Part shown: positions 1 through 8,447 of the stretch, piece after piece
Position numbering within the stretch: the stretch's first letter is position 1
How the letters are laid out: each line of letters opens with the position of its first letter
Origin: an uncultured SAR86 cluster bacterium
Lineage (GTDB): Bacteria; Pseudomonadota; Gammaproteobacteria; Magnimaribacterales; D2472
Direction: 5' to 3'
NCBI GenBank assembly: GCA_902518715.1
Contig: CABYHU010000002.1
Coordinates: 37,356 to 101,355 of the forward strand
DNA length: 64,000 nucleotides
The notes under the pieces: model-generated
The model's input: only the letters and a program-made list of their open reading frames with translations
Database searches by the model: none
What the model was told of the DNA's origin: nothing
Program-made: the position numbers and the translations under genes

Positions 1-7
1 ATTTAAG

Positions 8-33
8 GTAACTTTTCTGCTGGGAAAAGTTAC
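8..33. repeat. Perfect 10-bp inverted repeat GTAACTTTTC-N6-GAAAAGTTAC (potential hairpin); function unknown
   Basis: Read directly from the sequence. It lies about 127 nt downstream of the wzz-like stop on the minus strand. No U-run follows on either strand, so it is not a canonical intrinsic terminator. Confidence 0.5.
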
Positions 34-159
34 ACTATCCTCACAAGGAAAGGCTAAAAAGAGTTTTCCATACGGTCTTAGATTCATATTTTTTATGACT
101 TTAGTGTGATTATGGGAAAGGAATAATACTGGAATTGTGTCGATCGAGGTCGAGTTAGA

Positions 160-1101
160 TTATGCATTTTCAATATTTCTATTTTCCCTAAGAAAAGAAA
201 TTACGATAAAAAATGTACTCGAAAAGATAAATCCAACTATAAAAGCTATAATTGCTAAATTCTTCCTATTAGGAAAAGACCTTACTTCTGGGATGTAGGG
301 AGGATCAATAGTTTTAAGAAGGTATTTTTCCTCCGTGGTAGCAATTACTTTAATATTCATATGAGATTCAATTAAATTATTTAATGTATTTGTTACATTA
401 GAGTTGTCAGTTTTTTTTAACTCTTCTTGAAGATATTCCAATGCTAGATCGGAGCTCGCTAGATCACTTTTTTGTGCATAATTGTTTACTTCTGCAACCA
501 GCAAATTGATAAAATCATAAGCAAATTTTGGCGAAAGATGTTCATATCTAATTGAAATAAATCCAGTCTTCACATCTTGTTGAAGATTTAAATTTTTTGA
601 TATCTTTTCATCCATTATTTCAATATATGATGGAACAATATTTCTACCTTTTGGCGGTTTTCTAACCCATTTTTTCTGTTCTACATTATAGAGAGACTCA
701 TCATAAATAATTTTTCCTTCCTCTTTATCGTAACTCTTTGCTGCAAATATATTTTCTCTAACTCCATCATATTCAACTAAATTTTTTAGTATTTCTTTGG
801 AATTGAGAAGCTGGAAAGCGAAATCTTCTTTATTTTGTCCTCCTGAGGGAAGATTAAGACCAATCATAGAGGCTACACCACCGTATTCTCTTAAAGAATT
901 TGAAATCATTGACTCTGGACCATTGTTGTTTACAGAAAAGACTGCGGAACTAGTGTACTTATCAGAAAATGTAAAAGATAACAAAAGAACTGTAATGGAA
1001 GAAACTATAGAAAATATTAAGATTTCTTTTTTATTTGTCCACATCATTTTGGTTAATGTGAAAAAGTCCATATCTTTATTTGTATCCATAAATTGGTTCA
1101 A
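160..1101 (-). CDS. Polysaccharide co-polymerase / O-antigen chain-length determinant (Wzz family)
   Basis: 313 aa. An N-terminal TM helix (ILIFSIVSSITVLLLSF) and a C-terminal TM helix (LAIIAFIVGFIFSSTFFIVISF) flank a long hydrophilic helical region. A Pro-rich stretch (IDPPYIPEVRSFP) precedes TM2, which is the typical Wzz/PCP architecture. Confidence 0.7.
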   Translation of the reverse strand: MNQFMDTNKDMDFFTLTKMMWTNKKEILIFSIVSSITVLLLSFTFSDKYTSSAVFSVNNNGPESMISNSLREYGGVASMIGLNLPSGGQNKEDFAFQLLNSKEILKNLVEYDGVRENIFAAKSYDKEEGKIIYDESLYNVEQKKWVRKPPKGRNIVPSYIEIMDEKISKNLNLQQDVKTGFISIRYEHLSPKFAYDFINLLVAEVNNYAQKSDLASSDLALEYLQEELKKTDNSNVTNTLNNLIESHMNIKVIATTEEKYLLKTIDPPYIPEVRSFPNRKNLAIIAFIVGFIFSSTFFIVISFLRENRNIENA

Positions 1102-1102
1102 A

Positions 1103-1189
1103 TGGTGCCCAGAGCCGGACTTGAACCGGCACGAAGTTTCCTTCGAGGGATTTTAAATCCCTTGTGTCTACCAATTCCACCACCTGGGC
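1103..1189 (-). tRNA. tRNA-Leu (anticodon UAA), class II with long variable arm, CCA encoded
   Basis: The minus strand reads GCCCAGGTGGTGGAATTGGTAGACACAAGGGATTTAAAATCCCTCGAAGGAAACTTCGTGCCGGTTCAAGTCCGGCTCTGGGCACCA. It has an acceptor stem, an anticodon stem AGGGA/TCCCT with loop TTTAAAA, a T-arm GCCGG-TTCAAGT-CCGGC and discriminator A73. Confidence 0.92.
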
Positions 1190-1193
1190 AAAT

Positions 1194-2036
1194 TTATTTC
1201 TCCTCTTTAAAAGTGATATTTTGGTCACTCTCTCTTTTAGTAAGGTCATTATATACTGATCTTATTTGATTATTTGTTTTAATTACTTGTTTAATTATAG
1301 AAAAATCAAATCCTTTACTTGATGCAAATTTTTCTAGTGCAGAAATGTCCTTAGGAAAACATGCGCCTCCAAAACCTTCCCTACCGTCGTGTCCGGGCAC
1401 ATCCATATGCGAATCACCAATTCTTTTGTCAGTAGAAATTATATTGATAAAATCTTTCCAACTTATATTTGACTCAGATTTATCAAGCAGTGTCTTTAGT
1501 TGATTAAAGAATATTACTTTTGTTGCGAGGAAGCTATTGATCGAATATTTAATCAGCGAGGCGCTAATTTTATCCGTAATAAAATGTTCTTTTTGCTTAC
1601 ATTTAGTGAAATCTAGATAAAAATTTGATGCCTCTTGACAAAGTTTACTTTCACCACCGAATAAGACTATTTCTCCATTAATAAAATCAGTATCCGCATT
1701 TTTTTCTCTTAAAAATTCAGGATTTAAAATAAAATCAGAATATTTACTTAGCATTAACAAATTATCAGGCGTTACTGTACTCTTTAATATTATATTTCCA
1801 GTAATATTATGAGATGAAATCTCATGAAAGACATTTTCTAGAATTGAAATATCTTGGCTGCCATCATCACACATTGGAGTTGGTAGACATAAAAAAATAA
1901 AATCAGGTTCAAATGAAACAAGGTCTTTTAAGGAAGTTTCAAGCAATGGATCAATTTTTATAACTTCAACTTCTTTTTTTAACGCATTATTTAAAGCTTT
2001 ACCAACAAATCCATATCCAACTATTGCGACTTTCAT
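1194..2036 (-). CDS. Short nucleotide-sugar dehydrogenase (UDP-glucose/GDP-mannose dehydrogenase family) lacking the usual C-terminal domain
   Basis: It has a Rossmann motif (VAIVGYGFVGKA) at the N-terminus and the catalytic-Cys motif GFGGACFPKD. It is only 280 aa against roughly 390-450 aa for canonical Ugd, so the C-terminal UDP-sugar-binding domain seems absent. Confidence 0.6.
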   Translation of the reverse strand: MKVAIVGYGFVGKALNNALKKEVEVIKIDPLLETSLKDLVSFEPDFIFLCLPTPMCDDGSQDISILENVFHEISSHNITGNIILKSTVTPDNLLMLSKYSDFILNPEFLREKNADTDFINGEIVLFGGESKLCQEASNFYLDFTKCKQKEHFITDKISASLIKYSINSFLATKVIFFNQLKTLLDKSESNISWKDFINIISTDKRIGDSHMDVPGHDGREGFGGACFPKDISALEKFASSKGFDFSIIKQVIKTNNQIRSVYNDLTKRESDQNITFKEEK

Positions 2037-2047
2037 TTTAAATTATA

Positions 2048-2121
2048 TGGAGGCTGAGGCCGGAATCGAACCGGCGTACACGGATTTGCAGTCCGCTGCA
2101 TGACCACTCTGCCACCCAGCC
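2048..2121 (-). tRNA. tRNA-Cys (anticodon GCA), CCA encoded
   Basis: The minus strand reads GGCTGGGTGGCAGAGTGGTCATGCAGCGGACTGCAAATCCGTGTACGCCGGTTCGATTCCGGCCTCAGCCTCCA. The anticodon loop is CTGCAAA and the T-arm is GCCGG-TTCGATT-CCGGC. Discriminator U73 is the characteristic Cys identity element. Confidence 0.92.
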
Positions 2122-2124
2122 GAA

Positions 2125-2517
2125 TTATTTAATTTTACCTTCATCTCTTAATCTTTTTCTAATTTTTGTAGCGCTTATAGATTCAATCTTTGATTCAAAT
2201 GATTCTTCTTCAATTGAATATCCTACACCCCTACCATAGGTTATATTTGTAATGTTAGGCACTAACTGAATAATATAATCTTCATTAATTACAAATCCAG
2301 ATTTTGAGAGTTTTTTCATAATATCTTCTGAAATTTGCTCAAATGAAAATGGATTATCTTCTTGGCCCTCTCCTCCAGATGAATCTTTAACATCCCTAAC
2401 CTGAATAACAACCTGCCCAGTCTTTGCTATAGCTCTTTCAAAAAGGGCTAAATGACCTTCATGCCATGGCTGCCATCGACCCAAGAGAAGTACTGTTGGT
2501 TTCTTTGAATCAAACAT
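2125..2517 (-). CDS. Small HIGH-motif nucleotidyltransferase (cytidylyltransferase-like / NMNAT-like superfamily)
   Basis: 130 aa. GRWQPWHEGH resembles the G(K/R)FxPxHxGH motif of NadM/NadR-type NMN adenylyltransferases, and the C-terminal ISATKIR matches the IS(S/T)TxIR motif. The substrate cannot be assigned. Confidence 0.55.
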   Translation of the reverse strand: MFDSKKPTVLLLGRWQPWHEGHLALFERAIAKTGQVVIQVRDVKDSSGGEGQEDNPFSFEQISEDIMKKLSKSGFVINEDYIIQLVPNITNITYGRGVGYSIEEESFESKIESISATKIRKRLRDEGKIK

Positions 2518-2917
2518 CTTTAATTAAATTTGCTATTTCTTTAGGGCTATATTGATTCCATTTAGAAATTTTTAAATTAAAATTTTTTGGTTCCTCAAAA
2601 ATTTTATCTGTATCCTTATAGTTACTCTCTTCAATTGTATCCATCCAAATACAATAGTCAGCATCAAATATTTTTCTTGCCTCTTTTGTAGGACAAATAA
2701 AGTCACAAATCACCTTTCTTCCATTTTGTTTTTCAAAATCCGCCAATGCTTTCATTCGAAAACTTTGCCGTCTTCTTCCCTCTTCAGAAAAATCCCAATC
2801 ATTTGCCATCTCTCTTAAGTTATCAGCGTTATACCATGCGCAAGATAATTCTTTTTGTAAAAGCTTGGATAGGAAGGTTTTACCGCTCCCAGATAAACCC
2901 ATTACTAAAATCTTCAT
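2510..2917 (-). CDS. Small P-loop kinase, APS-kinase (CysC)-like core
   Basis: 135 aa. It has Walker A GLSGSGKT, followed by NADNLR..DWDFSEEGRRRQSFRM, which resembles the APS kinase pattern DGDNxR..dlgFs..dR.enirR. It overlaps the downstream nucleotidyltransferase gene by 8 nt. Confidence 0.5.
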   Translation of the reverse strand: MKILVMGLSGSGKTFLSKLLQKELSCAWYNADNLREMANDWDFSEEGRRRQSFRMKALADFEKQNGRKVICDFICPTKEARKIFDADYCIWMDTIEESNYKDTDKIFEEPKNFNLKISKWNQYSPKEIANLIKDV

Positions 2918-3885
2918 TAAATGCCCAGTTTTACTAAGTCTTTTTGATTAATAATTCCTAGTAATCTTTCTTCCTGCATAACAGCAAGACAACCAATCTT
3001 TTTTTCAGCCATTATTTTTAGGCATTCAGATGCTAAATCAGCTGGAGTTACAGAAACAAAGTTTTTGCTCATAAAATCTTGAGCTGTCATATCAAAAAAA
3101 TAATTTGATTTATCAATAGCTCTTCTAATATCTCCATCAGTTATTAAACCAATAACCTTATCATCTTGATTTTTTACAAATGTAACTCCCATACCTTTTT
3201 CAGAAATAATTTTTATTACATCTTTTGATAACTCATCATAGTCAATAATTGGAATTTCATCTCCTGATACCATTACATCTTGCGCAGAAAGAAGTAATCT
3301 CTTTCCCAAAACTCCTCCAGGATGTGACTTTGCAAAATCTTCAGGCTTAAAATCTTTTTTGTTCATCAACGAAATTGCCAATGCATCTCCCCAAACGAGG
3401 GTTGCTGTAGCGCTTGAAGTTGGTGCAAGATCAAGCGGGCATGCTTCTTTTTCGACTTTTATTAATTGATGGTAATCCGAAATTTTTGATAGAGTTGATT
3501 TATCATTTCCTGATACGCCTATTACAGAGCAGCCTAACTTTTTTATAATTGGGATTGTTTTAAGAAGATCCTCTGTCTCACCTGAATAACTTATTGCAAC
3601 AACAATATCATCACTTTGAATCATTCCAAGATCTCCATGAAAAGCCTCGGTGGAATGCATAAAGAAAGAGCTAGTTCCAGTGCTTGATAAAGTTGCAGAT
3701 ATTTTCTTACTTATATGGCCCGATTTTCCTATGCCAGTGAGAATAAGACGACCTTTGCACTCATATATAAGATCTACAATTTCTTGAAAGTTTTCGTCAA
3801 TATAATCTTTTAAACCAATTAGTGCTTTGACTTCGTCATCAATAACTTGCCTAGCTATATTAATTGTCTTTTTATCTTTGCTCAT
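2917..3885 (-). CDS. kdsD: Arabinose-5-phosphate isomerase (KdsD/KpsF/GutQ family; SIS domain plus tandem CBS)
   Basis: 322 aa. The SIS motif is LTGIGKSGHISKKISATLSSTGT. The C-terminal CBS pair is typical of KdsD/KpsF. Confidence 0.85.
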   Translation of the reverse strand: MSKDKKTINIARQVIDDEVKALIGLKDYIDENFQEIVDLIYECKGRLILTGIGKSGHISKKISATLSSTGTSSFFMHSTEAFHGDLGMIQSDDIVVAISYSGETEDLLKTIPIIKKLGCSVIGVSGNDKSTLSKISDYHQLIKVEKEACPLDLAPTSSATATLVWGDALAISLMNKKDFKPEDFAKSHPGGVLGKRLLLSAQDVMVSGDEIPIIDYDELSKDVIKIISEKGMGVTFVKNQDDKVIGLITDGDIRRAIDKSNYFFDMTAQDFMSKNFVSVTPADLASECLKIMAEKKIGCLAVMQEERLLGIINQKDLVKLGI

Positions 3886-4421
3886 TTCTTAAAAGTAGAG
3901 ATTGTATATTGAAAACCCGTATGAATTGTTACTAAAAGGGCGATTATAAGAATAATATCAGCAAAGAAAAGGATCATCATATTATTAATAGTTAGACCAA
4001 AGAGATACATTAAAATCGATAACATCTGTATAGCAGTTTTTGTCTTTGCTAAAAATGTCACTCTTGTTTTATCAGATTGATTATTTCTAGAGTTGATATC
4101 TCTTAAAGCAGCGACCCAAATTTCTCTTGAAATGATAACAGCTGAAATAAAGCCAATTAAAAAACTATCAAGGTTTATACTTAAACCAATTAGAACAAAT
4201 ACAATTAATAATTTGTCAGCTATAGGATCTAGGATTTCCCCCAGTATGGATTCGGAGTTTGTTTTTCTTGCAAGATAGCCATCAAGAAAGTCAGAAAAAG
4301 ATGCAATTAAAAATAAGAATAAGGCTACAGAGTAGTTGCTCTCTAAATATAAAATCAAATAAATTAATATTGCACAAAAGATTCTTGAAAGAGTAATGAC
4401 GTTAAGTATTTTTGTAATCAT
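3882..4421 (-). CDS. pgsA: CDP-diacylglycerol--glycerol-3-phosphate 3-phosphatidyltransferase
   Basis: It carries the CDP-alcohol phosphatidyltransferase motif DGYLARK..GEILDPIADK and is a multi-TM protein of 179 aa. It lies directly downstream of uvrC, as in E. coli. Confidence 0.88.
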   Translation of the reverse strand: MITKILNVITLSRIFCAILIYLILYLESNYSVALFLFLIASFSDFLDGYLARKTNSESILGEILDPIADKLLIVFVLIGLSINLDSFLIGFISAVIISREIWVAALRDINSRNNQSDKTRVTFLAKTKTAIQMLSILMYLFGLTINNMMILFFADIILIIALLVTIHTGFQYTISTFKK

Positions 4422-6190
4422 AATTTTTGTTTAATTTCTAATGCCATTGTCTCATTTATATTTTTGATAGTCATTAGATCATTCTTTGAAGCTTTTTTTA
4501 TACCTCTAAGACTCTTAAACTCCTTTAGTAAAGCTTTTTTAGTTATTGGTCCAATACCCTTAACAGAATCCAATACAGAATATTTATTTGATTTTCGTAT
4601 TTTTTTTCTTGATGCAGTTATGGCAAATCTATGTGATTCATCTCTTGCTTCATTTAAAAGCTTAAAAGACTCTGAATGAGGATCTATTTCTAAAATACCA
4701 TTATTTGTATATATAGTTTCAGTAGCTCTTACTCTACCCTTACCCTTGGCAATCCCTAAAACAAGAATTTCTTTCAAGCCGAAATCTCTGAGTATTTTAT
4801 TTGTGAAATTTAATTGGATTCTTCCACCATCAATTAAGATTAGGTCAGGTTTTTGATCCTCATAATATTTTAATCTCCTTGAAATTACATGCTCCATTGA
4901 TGCAACATCATTGCCAGCAATATCATTTGGAATATTGAATAGTCTGTAATCTTTTTTTGAGGGTCCACTTTCTGAAAATACAACACATGATCCAACCCCT
5001 TGCTGCATGTATTGATGACTTATATCGAATGCATCTATTCTTTCAATTTTTTTGATTCCTAGCTTCTTAGAAAGTTCTTGGTATGCAAAAGCATATTTTT
5101 CTTTTTTACTTAAATGATTTTTGATTATTTGTGCAGCATTGTTTTTTGCGAGTGAAACTATAGGCCTAATAAAAGAATTTCTTGTTTTTGGGAAAACTAT
5201 TTTTTCAGAAATATTATCTCTGATACATTTTTTTATGAGAGTTAGCTCATCTAGTGTTGATGCAAAGAATATTTTCTTTGGTAAATTAGCTTTGCTTGAA
5301 TAGAAATTAAAGACTGCTAACTCATAAAGATTGTTTTTGGTTTCAAGAAAAGCATCCTTAACTAAATGAGTTTTTGTTCCTCGTATTTTTCCATCTCTTA
5401 TGGTTACTATGCATATACCAGCATAGTTATTTACCTTTTCGACTGAGAAAATATCGGCATCAATTCCATTTGGGGTGATGGCTTGTTTTTCGTTAATGAC
5501 TTCAACTTGATTAATCCTATTCCTAATATCTGCTGCTTTTTCATAGTTAAGTTCATCAGAAGCTTTCTTCATAGCTTTTTTTAAATTAGAAACCAAGTTC
5601 TTTTTTGAGGAGGTAAGATAATCTTTAGACTTTTCTATATCCTCCATATATTCTTCTTTTGAAATATTTTTCGTACAAGGTGCGCTACATCTTTTCATCT
5701 GAAATTCAATACATGGTCTAGTCCTTGATTTAAAGGTGGTATCTGAACAATTTCTTACCCTAAATATTTTCTGGATGTCTTTTATTGAGTTTTTTACTGC
5801 CAAAGAACTTATAAATGGACCAATATAATTCCTATTGACAGAGCCTTTTGTTCTTTTTAGGTAAACTCCTGGAAACTCATGATCAAGAGAGAAAAATATA
5901 TATGGATATGTTTTGTCATCCCTTAATAGAATATTAAATCTTGGTTTATTTTCTTTTATAAGATTTTGTTCAAGCAATAGCGCTTCAACTTCATTATTAG
6001 TTATAAAGACTTCAATATGATCGGTTAATCTTCGTATTTGGTTTGTTTTTCTATCCTTAAGAGACTTTCCAAAATAAGATGAAGTTCTTTTTTTAAGATT
6101 TTTAGCTTTTCCAATATAAATTAGTTCTTTGTTAGAAAAAAACTTATAAACGCCTGGCGATTCAGGAATATTTTTAATTTTATCTTTCAA
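4418..6190 (-). CDS. uvrC: Excinuclease ABC subunit C
   Basis: 590 aa. It has an N-terminal GIY-YIG domain (GVYKF..ELIYIGKAKNLKKR), a UVR domain (YEKAADIRNRI) and a C-terminal HhH region. Confidence 0.95.
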   Translation of the reverse strand: MKDKIKNIPESPGVYKFFSNKELIYIGKAKNLKKRTSSYFGKSLKDRKTNQIRRLTDHIEVFITNNEVEALLLEQNLIKENKPRFNILLRDDKTYPYIFFSLDHEFPGVYLKRTKGSVNRNYIGPFISSLAVKNSIKDIQKIFRVRNCSDTTFKSRTRPCIEFQMKRCSAPCTKNISKEEYMEDIEKSKDYLTSSKKNLVSNLKKAMKKASDELNYEKAADIRNRINQVEVINEKQAITPNGIDADIFSVEKVNNYAGICIVTIRDGKIRGTKTHLVKDAFLETKNNLYELAVFNFYSSKANLPKKIFFASTLDELTLIKKCIRDNISEKIVFPKTRNSFIRPIVSLAKNNAAQIIKNHLSKKEKYAFAYQELSKKLGIKKIERIDAFDISHQYMQQGVGSCVVFSESGPSKKDYRLFNIPNDIAGNDVASMEHVISRRLKYYEDQKPDLILIDGGRIQLNFTNKILRDFGLKEILVLGIAKGKGRVRATETIYTNNGILEIDPHSESFKLLNEARDESHRFAITASRKKIRKSNKYSVLDSVKGIGPITKKALLKEFKSLRGIKKASKNDLMTIKNINETMALEIKQKL

Positions 6191-6193
6191 ATC

Positions 6194-7510
6194 TTACAAT
6201 TGCTTTTTGGTATTAATTTTACCTAATTCGACACCCCATTGGTCAAATGCATTTGTATTCCAAAAAATGCTATTGAAGATAGTTTTATTTTCCCATAGGG
6301 ATAATAGCTGTCCTATTGAATAAGGGGATATATCTTTAAGCTCAATTTTGGTAGCTCCAGAAATATTTGTTTTTTTATGAATATCTGTTTCTTGCTCATT
6401 TCCTTTAACTAAGGATTCAATTTGAGCAACCATCTGTTTGTAATTGAGCTTATTGGACTGAGAACAAATAAAGTATTTATTTGACTGCTTTGTTCCTTGA
6501 AATACATGCTGGAAGAATGAGTGTTGTGATTCAGGGCCATAACCACCCCAAATAATTGATCCTGTTTGATAATCAACTTCATTATTGTTTGAGTCAATGC
6601 TTTTTCCGTTTGATTCCATTTCAACCTGTTGTGCAAAACTTATAAAATTTCTAAGTTTATAGTCATAGTTCACTACAAGAGTTGTTTCCATATTTAATAG
6701 ATTGTTATAAATAATATCTTGAACTGAAAGCTGAAAAGCTGGATTATCTTCTGGGCTTTTCAAGCATGCATCATCCATTTCCTTGCCGCCCTCTAAAAAA
6801 TCTTTATATCCTTCCTCTCCTTCCAATAAACATAAAACTACATTAATAGGACTCCAAATTGAGAATCTTCCTCCTGTCGAGGGGTCAAAAGAAACTATAT
6901 TTTCTTCATGAACGCCAAAATCTAAGGCTTTAGATTTGTTTGCCGTAATTGCAAAAGTATTATGATAAAAATTATTACCACACACCTCCCTATATGATGA
7001 TAGTGTTTCTAACGTCCCAAAAGACTTTGAAGATATAACTAGAGCATCATAATCTTGTACTTGAATATTAGAATATTCATCAGGATCGCTTCCTGTTATG
7101 AAGATAATTTCAAAATCATGCTTACTAAAAATATCATTCATGAGAGAAGGTCCAAGATTCGACCCACCGATACTAAAAATAATGACTCTTTTAAAATTTC
7201 TTCTGATTTTTTCTGCAATAAATAGGATATTCCTCTGGTCTTCTACAAAGTTTTTTTTATTTCCTTTTTTATATTCAAAATGAGTGACTGATTTTTTTTC
7301 AGTAAAGTTTGCTTTTTCTCCAATAACAATATTGTTAAATTTTTGAATTACTGCATTTACTTCAGCGTATTTATAGAATAACTCCCTTCTATCATTATTG
7401 ATGGGATGAGAAATCTGATCTATGGAAATTACATCGGTAGATAATTGGTTATCACTAAATTGAGAATCATCTTTTTCTCTTAAGCTTTCAATAAATGAGT
7501 TAAATTTCAT
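6194..7510 (-). CDS. pgi: Glucose-6-phosphate isomerase (short form)
   Basis: PGI motifs are present: SIGGSNLGP, SKSFGTLET, EMESNGKS and GPESQHSFFQ. It is 438 aa. Confidence 0.85.
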   Translation of the reverse strand: MKFNSFIESLREKDDSQFSDNQLSTDVISIDQISHPINNDRRELFYKYAEVNAVIQKFNNIVIGEKANFTEKKSVTHFEYKKGNKKNFVEDQRNILFIAEKIRRNFKRVIIFSIGGSNLGPSLMNDIFSKHDFEIIFITGSDPDEYSNIQVQDYDALVISSKSFGTLETLSSYREVCGNNFYHNTFAITANKSKALDFGVHEENIVSFDPSTGGRFSIWSPINVVLCLLEGEEGYKDFLEGGKEMDDACLKSPEDNPAFQLSVQDIIYNNLLNMETTLVVNYDYKLRNFISFAQQVEMESNGKSIDSNNNEVDYQTGSIIWGGYGPESQHSFFQHVFQGTKQSNKYFICSQSNKLNYKQMVAQIESLVKGNEQETDIHKKTNISGATKIELKDISPYSIGQLLSLWENKTIFNSIFWNTNAFDQWGVELGKINTKKQL

Positions 7511-8157
7511 AAGAAAAGCTCCAAGGCTTTTCTTGGATCCTTTGATTTAGTTATAGGTCTTCCAACAACAATATAGTCAGCGCCTTTTTCATAAGCTTCC
7601 GTTGAGCTCATGACTCTTTTCTGATCATCATTTGAAATATCATTTCTTATACCAGGAACAACCTTTAGCTTTTTAAAATTCTTCAGTTTAATCAGTTCAT
7701 TTGGAGAACAAACTACTCCATCTATATTCGTGCTAGTAGCCATAGATATTAAATTATTAAAATAAGCATCGAATTTTGTATGAGTTATTTCAAAAATATC
7801 ACTCTCAGACAAGCTTGTAAGTATGCTAACTCCAAGGATTTTTATATTCCCTTTTTCTGAAGAGGCTGCTTCAATCATATCTTTGCCACCGTTAAGATGA
7901 ATTGTAGTAAAAGCAACATTAAAATTGGAAATCTTTCTAACAGAATTTGCTACTGTATTTGGAATATCATGGAGCTTTAGATCAAGGAAGATTTCAAATC
8001 CCTTTTCTGAGATTAAGTCTAATACATTCCACCCTTCCGAAATAAAAAGCTCTAATCCAACTTTTACTAAGCACTTTTGCGGGTCTAAATTTTCTAAAAA
8101 ATTTAATGCTAATTCAGCGCTATCAAAATCAAGAGCAACTATTAATTTGTTATTCAT
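7507..8157 (-). CDS. pyrF: Orotidine-5'-phosphate decarboxylase
   Basis: It has LIVALDF and the active-site motif DLKLHDIPNT, plus a C-terminal VVGRPI. It is 216 aa. Confidence 0.9.
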   Translation of the reverse strand: MNNKLIVALDFDSAELALNFLENLDPQKCLVKVGLELFISEGWNVLDLISEKGFEIFLDLKLHDIPNTVANSVRKISNFNVAFTTIHLNGGKDMIEAASSEKGNIKILGVSILTSLSESDIFEITHTKFDAYFNNLISMATSTNIDGVVCSPNELIKLKNFKKLKVVPGIRNDISNDDQKRVMSSTEAYEKGADYIVVGRPITKSKDPRKALELFL

Positions 8158-8447
8158 AAAATCTTTGTCAACTTTTTAGAGGGTTTAAAATGTATAGTTT
8201 CAGTCTCTCCAAGATATGAAACCTCTTTTGTCTTAGGATTAACAAATTTTCTAGGTCTTACATACTTCTTGGAGAATGTTCCAAATCCTCTTATCTCTAC
8301 TTTTTCGTCCATAGCAACAGTTTCAACTATTTGATTAATGATGAGATCTATTGAAAGCTTTATTTGGTTGCTGGGAATATGAGGAAGTTGTTTTTGAATA
8401 TATGCTTCTATATCGGATCTATTAAGCTTATTTGATTTCTTATTCAC
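8154..8447 (-). CDS. ihfB: Integration host factor subunit beta
   Basis: 97 aa HU/IHF fold with EIRGFGTF..R..NPKT..HFKPSKKL. It sits after rpsA, as is conserved in gammaproteobacteria. Confidence 0.85.
   Translation of the reverse strand: MNKKSNKLNRSDIEAYIQKQLPHIPSNQIKLSIDLIINQIVETVAMDEKVEIRGFGTFSKKYVRPRKFVNPKTKEVSYLGETETIHFKPSKKLTKIL

Noticed and set aside
1-87. Minus-strand frame open from an ATG at 87-85 to the left window edge (MNLRPYGKLFLAFPCEDSVTFPSRKVTLN..), possibly the 5' end of the gene after wzz.
   Set aside because: Only 29 codons are visible, with no recognisable motif and no SD. The stretch also contains the 10-bp inverted repeat. The evidence is too thin to call a CDS.
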